Of a stretch of 64,000 nt of DNA, positions 56,648 to 64,000 are shown piece after piece. Location: the NCBI GenBank assembly GCA_003105035.1, contig PQAL01000042.1:39013-103012 (forward strand), read 5' to 3'. Source of the DNA: Anaerolineales bacterium. GTDB taxonomy: Bacteria; Chloroflexota; Anaerolineae; Anaerolineales; UBA4823. How positions within the stretch are numbered: the stretch's first letter is position 1; every line of letters starts with the position of its first letter. The notes below the pieces were generated by a model, which saw only the letters and a program-made list of their open reading frames with translations, was not told where the DNA came from and did no database searches. Made by a program: the position numbers and the translations under genes.

Positions 56648-56722
56648 AACCGAAACGCGAACCGAAACGCGCCCGGCTCATTTTAACCTTGCCAGGAATA
56701 CAGCAGCGAAACGCGGGTTTCG
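56648..56722. promoter_or_regulatory. direct-repeat candidate operator in the divergent regulator/ParB-like promoter region
   Basis: A perfect tandem 12-mer aaccgaaacgcg x2 lies at 56648-56671. A third cgaaacgcg sits at 56707-56715, inside the palindrome cgaaacgcgggtttcg (56707-56722). Confidence 0.35.
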
Positions 56723-56758
56723 TAAACTGTGATCATCAACGACGATGAGAGATAGGAG

Positions 56759-57229
56759 ATGACCATGATTGCGAACCTGGGAACAACATTGAACGGAATT
56801 GAAAACCTGGCATTCGGCGCCATCGACCCGAGCATCCTGGCGGGCAAGGCTTTCGAACAGGCGTACAACCGTGGCCGGCGCGACCAGCTGTGGGCCAGGC
56901 TCATCGGTCGCACGCGTCAGCTGGAGTTGCTGGCTTCACAACCAGTCGAAAGTCACCGGTCTGCCTCCCGCATCGTTTCCGTCCCCATCCGCCAGATCAA
57001 GGGCACATTGGGCCGCAGCACCGACTTCGACCTGGACTTCAACCCGCTCAAGCAGTACTGTCGAACGCGCTGGATCAGCATCCTCACCGCAATCCTGCGA
57101 GGTTCCAGCATGCCTCCAGTTGAGCTGCTGCAGGTAGGCGCCAGCTACTATGTGCGCGACGGTCACCACCGCATCTCCGTGGCGAAGGCGATTGGCCAGC
57201 AGGCGATCGACGCTTGCCTTGTGAATTGA
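56759..57229 (+). CDS. ParB/Srx-fold (ParB-like nuclease domain) small protein
   Basis: 156 aa. C-terminal PPVELLQVGASYYVRDGHHRISVAKAIGQQAIDA motif. A second ATG at 56765 is better spaced from AGGAG. Confidence 0.5.
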   Translation: MTMIANLGTTLNGIENLAFGAIDPSILAGKAFEQAYNRGRRDQLWARLIGRTRQLELLASQPVESHRSASRIVSVPIRQIKGTLGRSTDFDLDFNPLKQYCRTRWISILTAILRGSSMPPVELLQVGASYYVRDGHHRISVAKAIGQQAIDACLVN

Positions 57230-57280
57230 GTATGGATGGCGCTATCCAACCAGAACCGCTGAGAGTGTCTTTAGGGAGTT

Positions 57281-57420
57281 TTGTAGGTTGGGGTGACCTG
57301 GTATGCACTTTACCGGTTGAGGGATGCTTTTGCCCGAACCCAACACTCCTTCTGTGGTCGTTGGGTTTCGCACAGTACTCTCAACCCAACCTACAACTAC
57401 GCTCGCTCACAATGACAAAA
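57281..57420. repeat. composite palindromic intergenic element (contains copy B of the 35-nt repeat)
   Basis: ttgtaggttgggg (57281-57293) pairs with caacccaacctacaa (57384-57398). It contains the exact 35-mer at 57289-57323. An inner hairpin is cgaacccaac...gttgggtttcg. It ends with an inverted partial gtcattg-family copy, gctcacaatgacaaaaa. Confidence 0.75.
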
Positions 57421-57441
57421 ACACCTGCATGGCCTTCGTGG

Positions 57442-58923
57442 TTACTTCTTCCTCTCCACAGGCAGGCTCATGCTGAACGTGTTGCCCCCCTGCACCTGGC
57501 TGCTCATGGTCAACGTGCCTCCATGCGCTTCTACGATCTGCCGGGCAGTGAACAACCCCACACTAATACCTAATTCTGTCCGGCTGAGTGGATGGTCGAC
57601 CTGGTAATACTTTTCAAACAAATGCTCGCAGTCCTCGGGATCAATGCCGCGCCCTTCATCGATCACGTTGATCAAAATTTTGTTCTTCAACGTCTTGCCG
57701 GTCACTAAAACCGTCCCGCCCTGGTCGGAGTGATTGATGGCATTCTGCACCAGCTTGGTAAGCACCCGCCGGATGCGGTCGGCATCCACTTCGGCGACCA
57801 GTGCTTCCATGGGGGCGCACATCAGTGCCACTCGTTTTCCGCCGGCTTGCTCGCGGACGGAAGCGATCACATCATTGATCAGCCTGGCCATATCCACCCT
57901 GGCATGGTCCAGGGTCAATGTACCGCTCTCCAGCTGCGAAAAATCGGATAGCTGGTTGACCATGTCCAGCAGGTTTCCCAGGTCCCTGCCGGCATGCTGA
58001 AAGCCTACCAGCTGGGCATCCGTGCTGCCCTGATTGGCAGTGTGCGCTTGTTTAAAATAGCCCAGCAGACTGAGCAAAGGGGTGCGCAGCTCGCGCGCCA
58101 CGCTCGAAAGGAACTCATTTTCGAGCATCACCACCTGTCTCTCGGCATCCACGGCTTTCTTGCGCTCGGTGATATCATGGATGACGCTGATGAACCCCAC
58201 CGGCGTCCCGGATGTGTTGCATTGCACGGCCGTGCTGATCTCAGCTGGGAACTGCCGGCCATCTCTGCTCATCAGGGTGTATTCACCCGTGGTCACCTTG
58301 CCTTCATTCAACGTTTTGCGGATATTATGGGCAGCAGGTTGCCGGTCAGGGGGTGATACGAACTTGAAGAAATTGCTGCCCAGCATGGCTTCCGGGCTGT
58401 TATAACCGTACAGGTTGGCGGCCTGCTGGTTGCAGAGCAGCAGCTTGCCTTCCAGGTCCGACAGCGTGATGCCATTGGGTGAAGTCTCCACCAGGGTGCG
58501 GTAGCGTGTCTCACTGGCCCGGATGACGGCTTCCACCTGCTTGCGCTCGATGGCGTAGCGCACCACCCGCAGCACGAGCGGTCCGCTGATATCGCCCTTC
58601 ACGATGTAATCCTGTGCACCTCGCCGCACAGCTTCAACGGTGATGGCATCGTCCGCCAGGCCACTCAGCACTACCACGGGGATACGCGGGAAGCGCTTAA
58701 CTGTGGTGGTCAGCGTATCCAACCCCCGGCTATCGGGTAAGTTCAGATCAAGCAGGATCACGTCATACTCCTGCGCACCCAGCTGGATCAGGCCCCTGGA
58801 TAGCCGGTCAGCGCAATCCAGGCGGATCTTGCCCAGGCCGATATCCACCAGTGCTTCCTTAAGCAACATGATATCATCCGGGTCATCTTCGATCAGCAAG
58901 GCGTGGATTTGCTTGGCAGCCAT
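57442..58923 (-). CDS. hybrid REC-PAS-HisKA-HATPase protein with degenerate H-box (His replaced by Arg)
   Basis: 493 aa. REC domain (DDPDD, ILLDLNLPD), a PAS domain, an H-box reading SSVARELRTPL, then an intact N-box (LVQNAINHS), G1 (IDEGRGI) and G2 (GISVGL). Confidence 0.85.
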   Translation of the reverse strand: MAAKQIHALLIEDDPDDIMLLKEALVDIGLGKIRLDCADRLSRGLIQLGAQEYDVILLDLNLPDSRGLDTLTTTVKRFPRIPVVVLSGLADDAITVEAVRRGAQDYIVKGDISGPLVLRVVRYAIERKQVEAVIRASETRYRTLVETSPNGITLSDLEGKLLLCNQQAANLYGYNSPEAMLGSNFFKFVSPPDRQPAAHNIRKTLNEGKVTTGEYTLMSRDGRQFPAEISTAVQCNTSGTPVGFISVIHDITERKKAVDAERQVVMLENEFLSSVARELRTPLLSLLGYFKQAHTANQGSTDAQLVGFQHAGRDLGNLLDMVNQLSDFSQLESGTLTLDHARVDMARLINDVIASVREQAGGKRVALMCAPMEALVAEVDADRIRRVLTKLVQNAINHSDQGGTVLVTGKTLKNKILINVIDEGRGIDPEDCEHLFEKYYQVDHPLSRTELGISVGLFTARQIVEAHGGTLTMSSQVQGGNTFSMSLPVERKK

Positions 58924-58945
58924 AAGGGTGGCGGTGGGTCCTTTC

Positions 58946-59875
58946 CTACGGTGTATACTGCACGACCTGGTTGCATCCCAGATGCTTGGCCTGGTAAAGG
59001 GCCTTATCGGCTTGCTCGATCAGCCGGTCGCTCAATTCGGAATCTTCCGGGTAGCCAGCGATCCCGATGCTCAGCGTGACCGTGACCTTCTCAATGGGCA
59101 TTTCATTATTGAGGGAATGAATATCCAGGATTTCGACCGCCTTGCGCAGACGCTCGGCACCGTAAATCGCCTGTGAAGCGGGCGTCTCCGGTAGCACGAC
59201 AATGAACTCGTCACCCCCATAGCGGCAGGGCAGGTCACAGGCGCGCATGCTGGTGTTCAACACGTCCGCTACCCTGGTCAATACCTCGTCTCCGGTGCGG
59301 TGACCGAACCGGTCGTTGATTTCCTTGAAATTGTCCACATCCATCAGCAAGATAGAAAATGAGTGGTGGTAGCGCTTGCTTTTGATGATCTCATAATCTA
59401 TAAAACGGTGTAACTCCCGCCGGTTAAACAGACCAGTCAGTGCATCCCGTACGGCCAGATTGTGGATCTGTTTTAACAAGCGGGTTTGCTCCAGCGCATA
59501 ACGGATGGAGCGTTCCAATACCTGCCCGTTCAGGTTACCTTTCTCCAGGTAATCCATTGCCCCGGCTTTCAATGCCGCGTGGTCGATTTCTCGCCTGGAC
59601 TGGCCGGTGATGATGATCAACGGGTCCTGGCAGCCGGCCTTCACCGCCTCCTTCAATAACTCCAGCCCAGAATCTGCCCCCAGGAAATGGTCAATCAGGT
59701 ATACATCGTGTTCACCCCGCTCGATTTCCTTTAAGCCATCCTGATAGGTCTGCACCCAGTCAGTGCTAAAAGTATTTGGGCTATCGCTTTCCCGCAGGTA
59801 TTCCCTGATCAGGATATAGTCGTCCTCATCATCTTCGATGAGCAATACTCGTACGGTACTGGGTTCAGGATCCAT
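58946..59875 (-). CDS. response regulator-diguanylate cyclase (REC-GGDEF)
   Basis: 309 aa. REC domain (IEDDEDD, YLIDHFL). The GGDEF active site is RYGGDEFIV. The RxxD I-site RACD lies 5 residues upstream of it. Confidence 0.9.
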   Translation of the reverse strand: MDPEPSTVRVLLIEDDEDDYILIREYLRESDSPNTFSTDWVQTYQDGLKEIERGEHDVYLIDHFLGADSGLELLKEAVKAGCQDPLIIITGQSRREIDHAALKAGAMDYLEKGNLNGQVLERSIRYALEQTRLLKQIHNLAVRDALTGLFNRRELHRFIDYEIIKSKRYHHSFSILLMDVDNFKEINDRFGHRTGDEVLTRVADVLNTSMRACDLPCRYGGDEFIVVLPETPASQAIYGAERLRKAVEILDIHSLNNEMPIEKVTVTLSIGIAGYPEDSELSDRLIEQADKALYQAKHLGCNQVVQYTP

Positions 59876-59938
59876 GAAGTTTATCGGCCTCCTTACATTT
59901 CCATGACTGATAACCGGTTAATTTCGTCACGAATAACT

Positions 59939-60448
59939 TTAAATCGCCTCAGGTGTGTAAGGCAGCGGATGGTGGCGGTGATGTACATTGATCAGGCTTT
60001 CACCATTGATCAGCTCGACGACATCGAACCAATACTGTGTGATGCCCTTGATCACCTCAACCAACTCCTCGAAAGATTGTGGTTTGATGATGTAACCCGC
60101 CCCACCTTGATTATAAGTTTCCAGGATGTCATCTTCAGCGTCCGAGACCGTGAGTATCACCACCGGGATGCCGCGCAGCTCCGGATCAGCTTTAAGCTCA
60201 ATCAATGTGCTCCGGCCATCCTTGCGTGGCATGTTCAAGTCGAGCAGGATCAAGTCTGGTCGGGGAGTATTTTTTGAATTGGCATACTTGCCCTGGCGGT
60301 GCAGGAACTGTAAAAGGTCAATACCATCATCCACGAAGAAAACTGGATTCTCCTGAAGGCAGGCCTTAAACGCTTCCTGGAGCAACAGACGATATTCCGC
60401 ATCGTCTTCGGCGGTGAGGATGGTAATGACTGGGCTCTGGTTGGTCAT
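59939..60448 (-). CDS. single-domain CheY/Rcp1-like response regulator
   Basis: ATG at 60448 (MTNQSP). AEDDAEY, LILLDLNMPRKDGR, IPVVILT and YIIKP motifs. It starts 4 nt after the upstream stop. Confidence 0.85.
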   Translation of the reverse strand: MTNQSPVITILTAEDDAEYRLLLQEAFKACLQENPVFFVDDGIDLLQFLHRQGKYANSKNTPRPDLILLDLNMPRKDGRSTLIELKADPELRGIPVVILTVSDAEDDILETYNQGGAGYIIKPQSFEELVEVIKGITQYWFDVVELINGESLINVHHRHHPLPYTPEAI

Positions 60449-60452
60449 ATAT

Positions 60453-60911
60453 TTATGCTTTTTCCTTGATGGGCAGGCGGACGATTTGTACCCAATACTG
60501 TCCGAGGCCACGGATGGCTTCGACCAGGCCGTCGAACGTAACAGGTTTGGTGATGTAGCTGGCAGCCCCAATGTCGTAGCTACGCATGATGTCTTCTTCA
60601 GCCTTGGAGGTGGTCAGCACCACCACAGGGATGTAACGCAGACGTGGGTCGCTCTTGATCTCCGCCAGGGCTTCCCGGCCGTCCTTGCGGGGCATGTTAA
60701 GGTCCAGCAGGATCAGGTCAGGGACGGGGGCCGAGGTCGGGTCTGAAAATTCTCCCTGCCAGCGCAGGTAATCCATCAGCTCGACCCCATCTTCGACGAA
60801 GTAGATTTTGTTGTGGATCAGGCTCTCTTCGAAAGCTTCCTTGATCAGCAGGCGGTCATCCGGGTCATCATCCGCCATCAGGAATACAACTGGTTTCGGG
60901 TTTTTACTCAT
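60453..60911 (-). CDS. single-domain CheY/Rcp1-like response regulator (paralog)
   Basis: ATG at 60911 (MSKNPK), 2 nt after the kinase stop. ADDDPDD, LILLDLNMPRKDGR, IPVVVLT and YITKP motifs. It is roughly half identical to the next gene by eye. Confidence 0.85.
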   Translation of the reverse strand: MSKNPKPVVFLMADDDPDDRLLIKEAFEESLIHNKIYFVEDGVELMDYLRWQGEFSDPTSAPVPDLILLDLNMPRKDGREALAEIKSDPRLRYIPVVVLTTSKAEEDIMRSYDIGAASYITKPVTFDGLVEAIRGLGQYWVQIVRLPIKEKA

Positions 60912-62988
60912 AGCTTGTCTCTCCATTGGTTTGATGGATGGGCAGGACAATGATAAAAGTGGATCCCATCCCGGGTGTGCTGGTGGCGGTGATCTCACCG
61001 CTGTGGCGCTCGACGATGCGACGGCAGATAGCCAACCCCATGCCGCTGCCTTCGTATTCTTGCCGGCTGTGCAAGCGCTGGAAGGGTTTAAAGATGCGGT
61101 CGAGGTACTGCAGCTCGAAACCGATCCCGTTGTCCTTCACGTAAATGTGGCACTTGCCTCCTGAGTTATAAGAGGATACCTGGATCTGAGGCGGCACGTG
61201 CTCGCGATGGAATTTCAGGCCGTTATTGATCAGGTTCTGCAACAGCTGGTGCATCTGGGTTGGGTCGGCGTCGATCTCAGGCATCTCTCCTGCCTCTACC
61301 CGGCCACGCGTGCGCTCAAGCTGGTGCTCCAGGTCGGAGATCACGTCCTGGAGGATCAGGTTCAGGTCCAACCGGGTGAACGGCTGGGCTCGAGTGGATA
61401 CCCGAGAAAAGGTCAACAGGTCATTGATCAAGGTTTGCATGCGCTGGCTGGCTTCACGCATGCGTTTTAGATAATCAAAACCCGTCTCGTCTAATGCGCT
61501 GCCATACTTGTTTGCCAACCGGTCGCTGAATGCCAGCACTTTACGCAGCGGTTCTTGCAGGTCATGTGAAGCGATATAGGCGAACTCCTGCAGGTCACGG
61601 TTGCTTTGCTCGAGTTTCTCAGCATATATTTTGAGGTTTACTTCGGCTTGCTTGGCTTCGGTGATGTCATCAATGTAAAGCAACAGGTGCGGTTCAGCAT
61701 TCGAATAAAAAGGTGTGAACCGGCAGTCCAGCCAGGTCTCCTTGGCGAACATGCTGGTGGTGTGGATCTCACCCCGGGCTTCCTTCCCACTGGTGGTGGC
61801 TTCCAGGGCCAGGGCCAACAGCCCCGAGGTCTTCCAGGTTTCGATCGCATTGTAATTCTGACTGAGCAGCTGCTCACGCGGCATCCCCATGATCCGGGCG
61901 AAGGCTTCATTCACCAGGATGCATCGCCCGGCTGCATCATACGTGCCGATCCCCAGTGCGGAAGACTCGATCAATGTTTTGTTGTATTCGAGGGCATCGG
62001 TGATGCTCTGCTGATCAAGCTTGCGCTCAATCGCGGTTGCCACCTGGGTGGAGACAAACTGCATCAGCTCATACTGCTCCTGGTTGTAGACGATGCCCGG
62101 TGTGTAGCTCTGAGTGACCATCACCCCGATGACCCGCTCGGCAACCACCAGTGGCACGCCGATCCAATCCACCGAGTCGGTGCCGATGACATCTGCATCC
62201 CCGTTGAGCACCAGCTGAGTGAACACCTCGCCAGTGGCCCACAGGGGTTTCCTGGTGCGCAGCACATACTCCGTCAGCCCGTGTTCGGGTTTGGATGGCT
62301 GGGGAGGCATGTCGTACTGGTCTACATAATACGGGTAGCTGATCAGGTCGCTGACCGGATCATACAGGGCGATGTACAGGTTCAGGACCGGCATCTGTTC
62401 ACCCAGGATCAGGTGGATCGAGCGGAATAGCTCATCCAGGCCGGTGCTGGTGACTACCGCCTGCGAGATGCGATAGATCGCCGCCTGCATTTGCTCAGCG
62501 CGCTTGCGGGCAGTGATATCCACCATCACCCCCTGCCAGAACAAAGGTTTGCCTTTGCGGTCGCGCACCAGGCGGGTTTCATCGCTCACCCAGATGGTGT
62601 GCCCATCGCGGGTAATCAGCCGATATTCCGAGATGGAGGGTTGATCGGATGCATAGGTACGCGTATATTCTTCCAGCACGCGTTGCCGGTCGTCCGGGTG
62701 GATCATGTTCTCCCACAACGTATCATCGTTGATCCACTCCTCAGGCTCATAACCGGTGATGGTTTTAAGCTGTGGGCTGATGTACAGCGTCTGGAAGATT
62801 TTCTCAGCCGAGTCGGTATAGATGATCGCCGGCACCTGTTCAACCAACGTGCGGTAGTGCACCCCCAGCGTTGAGTCGCTGTTATTGGTCTTCACATTGG
62901 TCGCTTTAGGCTTTTCAGCGGAGCCCCCCTGATCGTTTGAAACCGGCTTTTTAGGCATCCATGAATCTCCAGGCTGGAATGAGGTCAC
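60904..62988 (-). CDS. PAS-GAF-PAS sensor histidine kinase
   Basis: 694 aa. Canonical H-box ASHDLQEPLRKV, N-box LLQNLINNGLKF, G1 VKDNGIGF and G2 GSGMGLAICRRIV. The likely start is ATG 62958 (MPKKPV), after GGAGA. Confidence 0.85.
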   Translation of the reverse strand: MTSFQPGDSWMPKKPVSNDQGGSAEKPKATNVKTNNSDSTLGVHYRTLVEQVPAIIYTDSAEKIFQTLYISPQLKTITGYEPEEWINDDTLWENMIHPDDRQRVLEEYTRTYASDQPSISEYRLITRDGHTIWVSDETRLVRDRKGKPLFWQGVMVDITARKRAEQMQAAIYRISQAVVTSTGLDELFRSIHLILGEQMPVLNLYIALYDPVSDLISYPYYVDQYDMPPQPSKPEHGLTEYVLRTRKPLWATGEVFTQLVLNGDADVIGTDSVDWIGVPLVVAERVIGVMVTQSYTPGIVYNQEQYELMQFVSTQVATAIERKLDQQSITDALEYNKTLIESSALGIGTYDAAGRCILVNEAFARIMGMPREQLLSQNYNAIETWKTSGLLALALEATTSGKEARGEIHTTSMFAKETWLDCRFTPFYSNAEPHLLLYIDDITEAKQAEVNLKIYAEKLEQSNRDLQEFAYIASHDLQEPLRKVLAFSDRLANKYGSALDETGFDYLKRMREASQRMQTLINDLLTFSRVSTRAQPFTRLDLNLILQDVISDLEHQLERTRGRVEAGEMPEIDADPTQMHQLLQNLINNGLKFHREHVPPQIQVSSYNSGGKCHIYVKDNGIGFELQYLDRIFKPFQRLHSRQEYEGSGMGLAICRRIVERHSGEITATSTPGMGSTFIIVLPIHQTNGETSYE

Positions 62989-63139
62989 TCGGACCAGCAG
63001 GTCTCTTCCTGCTGTCGTATCTATCTGTGCAAGCTTCGTGCCGGATGTTAATCATACCCGAAGGCGATTTCTTATATCCATTTGCCCTCCTCAAATCAAC
63101 CTTACAAAAATGCAAGGTAAACCAGTGTAAGTCGGGTGG

Positions 63140-63492
63140 GTGTACTCTGCGAAACCCAAAACCTTTCTGATGTCATCGCCAGGAGCAAAGCAACGAAGCC
63201 ATCTTCCTCACCGGGTACAAATTCTCCCGTTCCTGGTGGCTGCCAAGCTTAATCATAGATTGTCTCGTCGGACAAATACCATGCTCCTTCCCCGATAAAC
63301 AGCGGGGTTTTTGAAGTGTACTCTACGAAACTCAAAACATTTCTGATGTCATAGCGAGGAGCAAAGCGACGACGCTATCTTCCTCATCGGGGCAGCAATA
63401 CTCCCGTTCCTGGTGGCTGATGAGCTTAATCAGAGATTGTTTCGTGGGATAAAACCATGCTGATTCCCCGAAAACCAGCGGGGATTCTCCCC
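63140..63492. repeat. two tandem copies of a ~176-bp intergenic unit
   Basis: The units start at 63140 and 63316 (gtgtactct...). They are roughly 80-88% identical by eye. Each contains a gtcat[ca]gc[cg]aggagcaaagc[ag]acga... core and ends in tccccga[ta]aa[ac]cagcgggg. Confidence 0.85.
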
Positions 63493-63773
63493 TTAAGAAC
63501 ACGGGGATGAACGCAATGACACCTCATCATTTATAAACATTTGAAGGGTCGTAGGTCTTGATGGTGTCGCATTTACTAAAAACCCAACCTCGCTTGGGTT
63601 CGAAAGAGACTCCCCTTGCTCAACCTCCCAAAACGGGTTCCTTCGGAAAACCCTCAATCTCCCAAGAACCGAGATGCTTATGTTAAAATTCACTACCTGG
63701 TCAGATTGCCAATAAAATCAATTCATTACTTACTCTTCATCCACATACAGGGAGAGATCTAAGGAGTTAACGT

Positions 63774-64000
63774 ATGGTTACTGGTGAACACTTCATTGCA
63801 ATGAAAGCCCTCATCATCAACGATGAGCTCGCAGCGCAGACGGTGACCGGGCGGGCGTTGCGCGCCTTAGTCCAGGAGCTGCGCAATATGGACATGGAAG
63901 TCATCGAAGCAACATCACCTGAAGATGGAAGCTCGGTGATCCTGTCCGATCCATCCTGCCAGGTGATCTTGTTGGATTGGACCTTCGGTGATGAAGATAC
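63774..64000 (+). CDS. partial CDS: N-terminal wing domain of an Orn/Lys/Arg decarboxylase-like protein (truncated by the window end)
   Basis: ATG 63774 follows AAGGAG. MKALIINDEL...ALVQELRNMDMEVIEATSPEDGSSVILSDPSCQVILLDW resembles the receiver-like N-domain of AdiA/LdcI-type decarboxylases. Only 75 codons are visible. Confidence 0.4.
   Translation, partial: MVTGEHFIAMKALIINDELAAQTVTGRALRALVQELRNMDMEVIEATSPEDGSSVILSDPSCQVILLDWTFGDED

Noticed and set aside
51905-57229. STAND NTPase plus ParB-like nuclease-fold protein as an Avs-like antiphage module
   Set aside because: The NTPase has a SARP/BTAD transcription-activator N-terminus and no fused nuclease or protease effector. The ParB-like gene is divergently transcribed. 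No other defence genes are nearby. A regulatory role is more parsimonious, but it cannot be excluded without homology searches.
57214-57573. 119-aa ORF spanning the repeat element and the 3' end of the hybrid kinase
   Set aside because: The first half translates the 35-nt repeat and palindromic element. The second half is antisense to the kinase ATPase domain.
61606-62430. 274-aa plus-strand ORF inside the sensor kinase gene
   Set aside because: It is antisense to a CDS with clear PAS/GAF/HisKA motifs. Its translation is low-complexity (G/P/R/D/L-rich) with no recognisable motif. This is a typical shadow ORF in GC-rich DNA.
63140-63492. Possible CRISPR array
   Set aside because: There are only two units of ~176 bp, directly abutting with no spacers. 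The window has no cas genes. The unit length is far outside the CRISPR repeat range.
1-64000. tRNA, rRNA, prophage, transposase or integrase content
   Set aside because: Reading the intergenic regions showed no cloverleaf-like T-arm or anticodon-arm pattern. No ORF has DDE, tyrosine-recombinase or serine-recombinase motifs. The only mobile-looking DNA is the set of short non-autonomous repeats.

Overview
This is a densely coded 64-kb chromosomal window, moderately GC-rich by eye. I saw no rRNA, tRNA, CRISPR array, transposase, integrase or phage genes. All domain calls come from reading motifs in the supplied translations; no database search was run.

The style suggests a Chloroflexota/Anaerolineae-like genome, but that is only a guess. 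The cues are lipoproteins with Pro/Thr-rich linkers, large BTAD-ATPase-TPR regulators, and short palindromic intergenic repeats.

Layout:
- 1-11.6 kb: assorted small enzymes, namely a KAS III-like synthase, hydrolases, a thioesterase, an MDR oxidoreductase, a GAF-PP2C phosphatase, a GNAT and a methyltransferase.
- 11.6-22.6 kb: a ten-gene minus-strand operon. It joins a three-subunit molybdenum hydroxylase to FdrA/DUF1116/DUF2877, a cyclase-family amidohydrolase, an orphan GNAT-like protein and a thiolase-like/DUF35 pair. This is my best candidate for an undescribed catabolic system.
- 22.9-26 kb: a repeat-built membrane protein and two tandem ICMT-family methyltransferases, the first broken by an in-frame TGA.
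- 26-50.3 kb: a cell-surface island. It holds three consecutive lipoproteins, then two divergent pairs of giant secreted multidomain proteins. All four giant proteins share a short extreme C-terminal tail motif. A PadR unit, an aldo/keto reductase and a SnoaL gene lie between the pairs.
- 50.6-57.2 kb: a beta-lactamase-family hydrolase, a prenyltransferase-like protein, a 1141-aa BTAD/P-loop/TPR regulator and a divergent ParB-like gene.
- 57.4-63 kb: a five-gene two-component/c-di-GMP operon that includes a kinase whose H-box histidine is replaced by arginine.
- 63.8 kb to the end: the start of a decarboxylase-like gene.

Several families of short palindromic or tandem intergenic repeats recur across the window.
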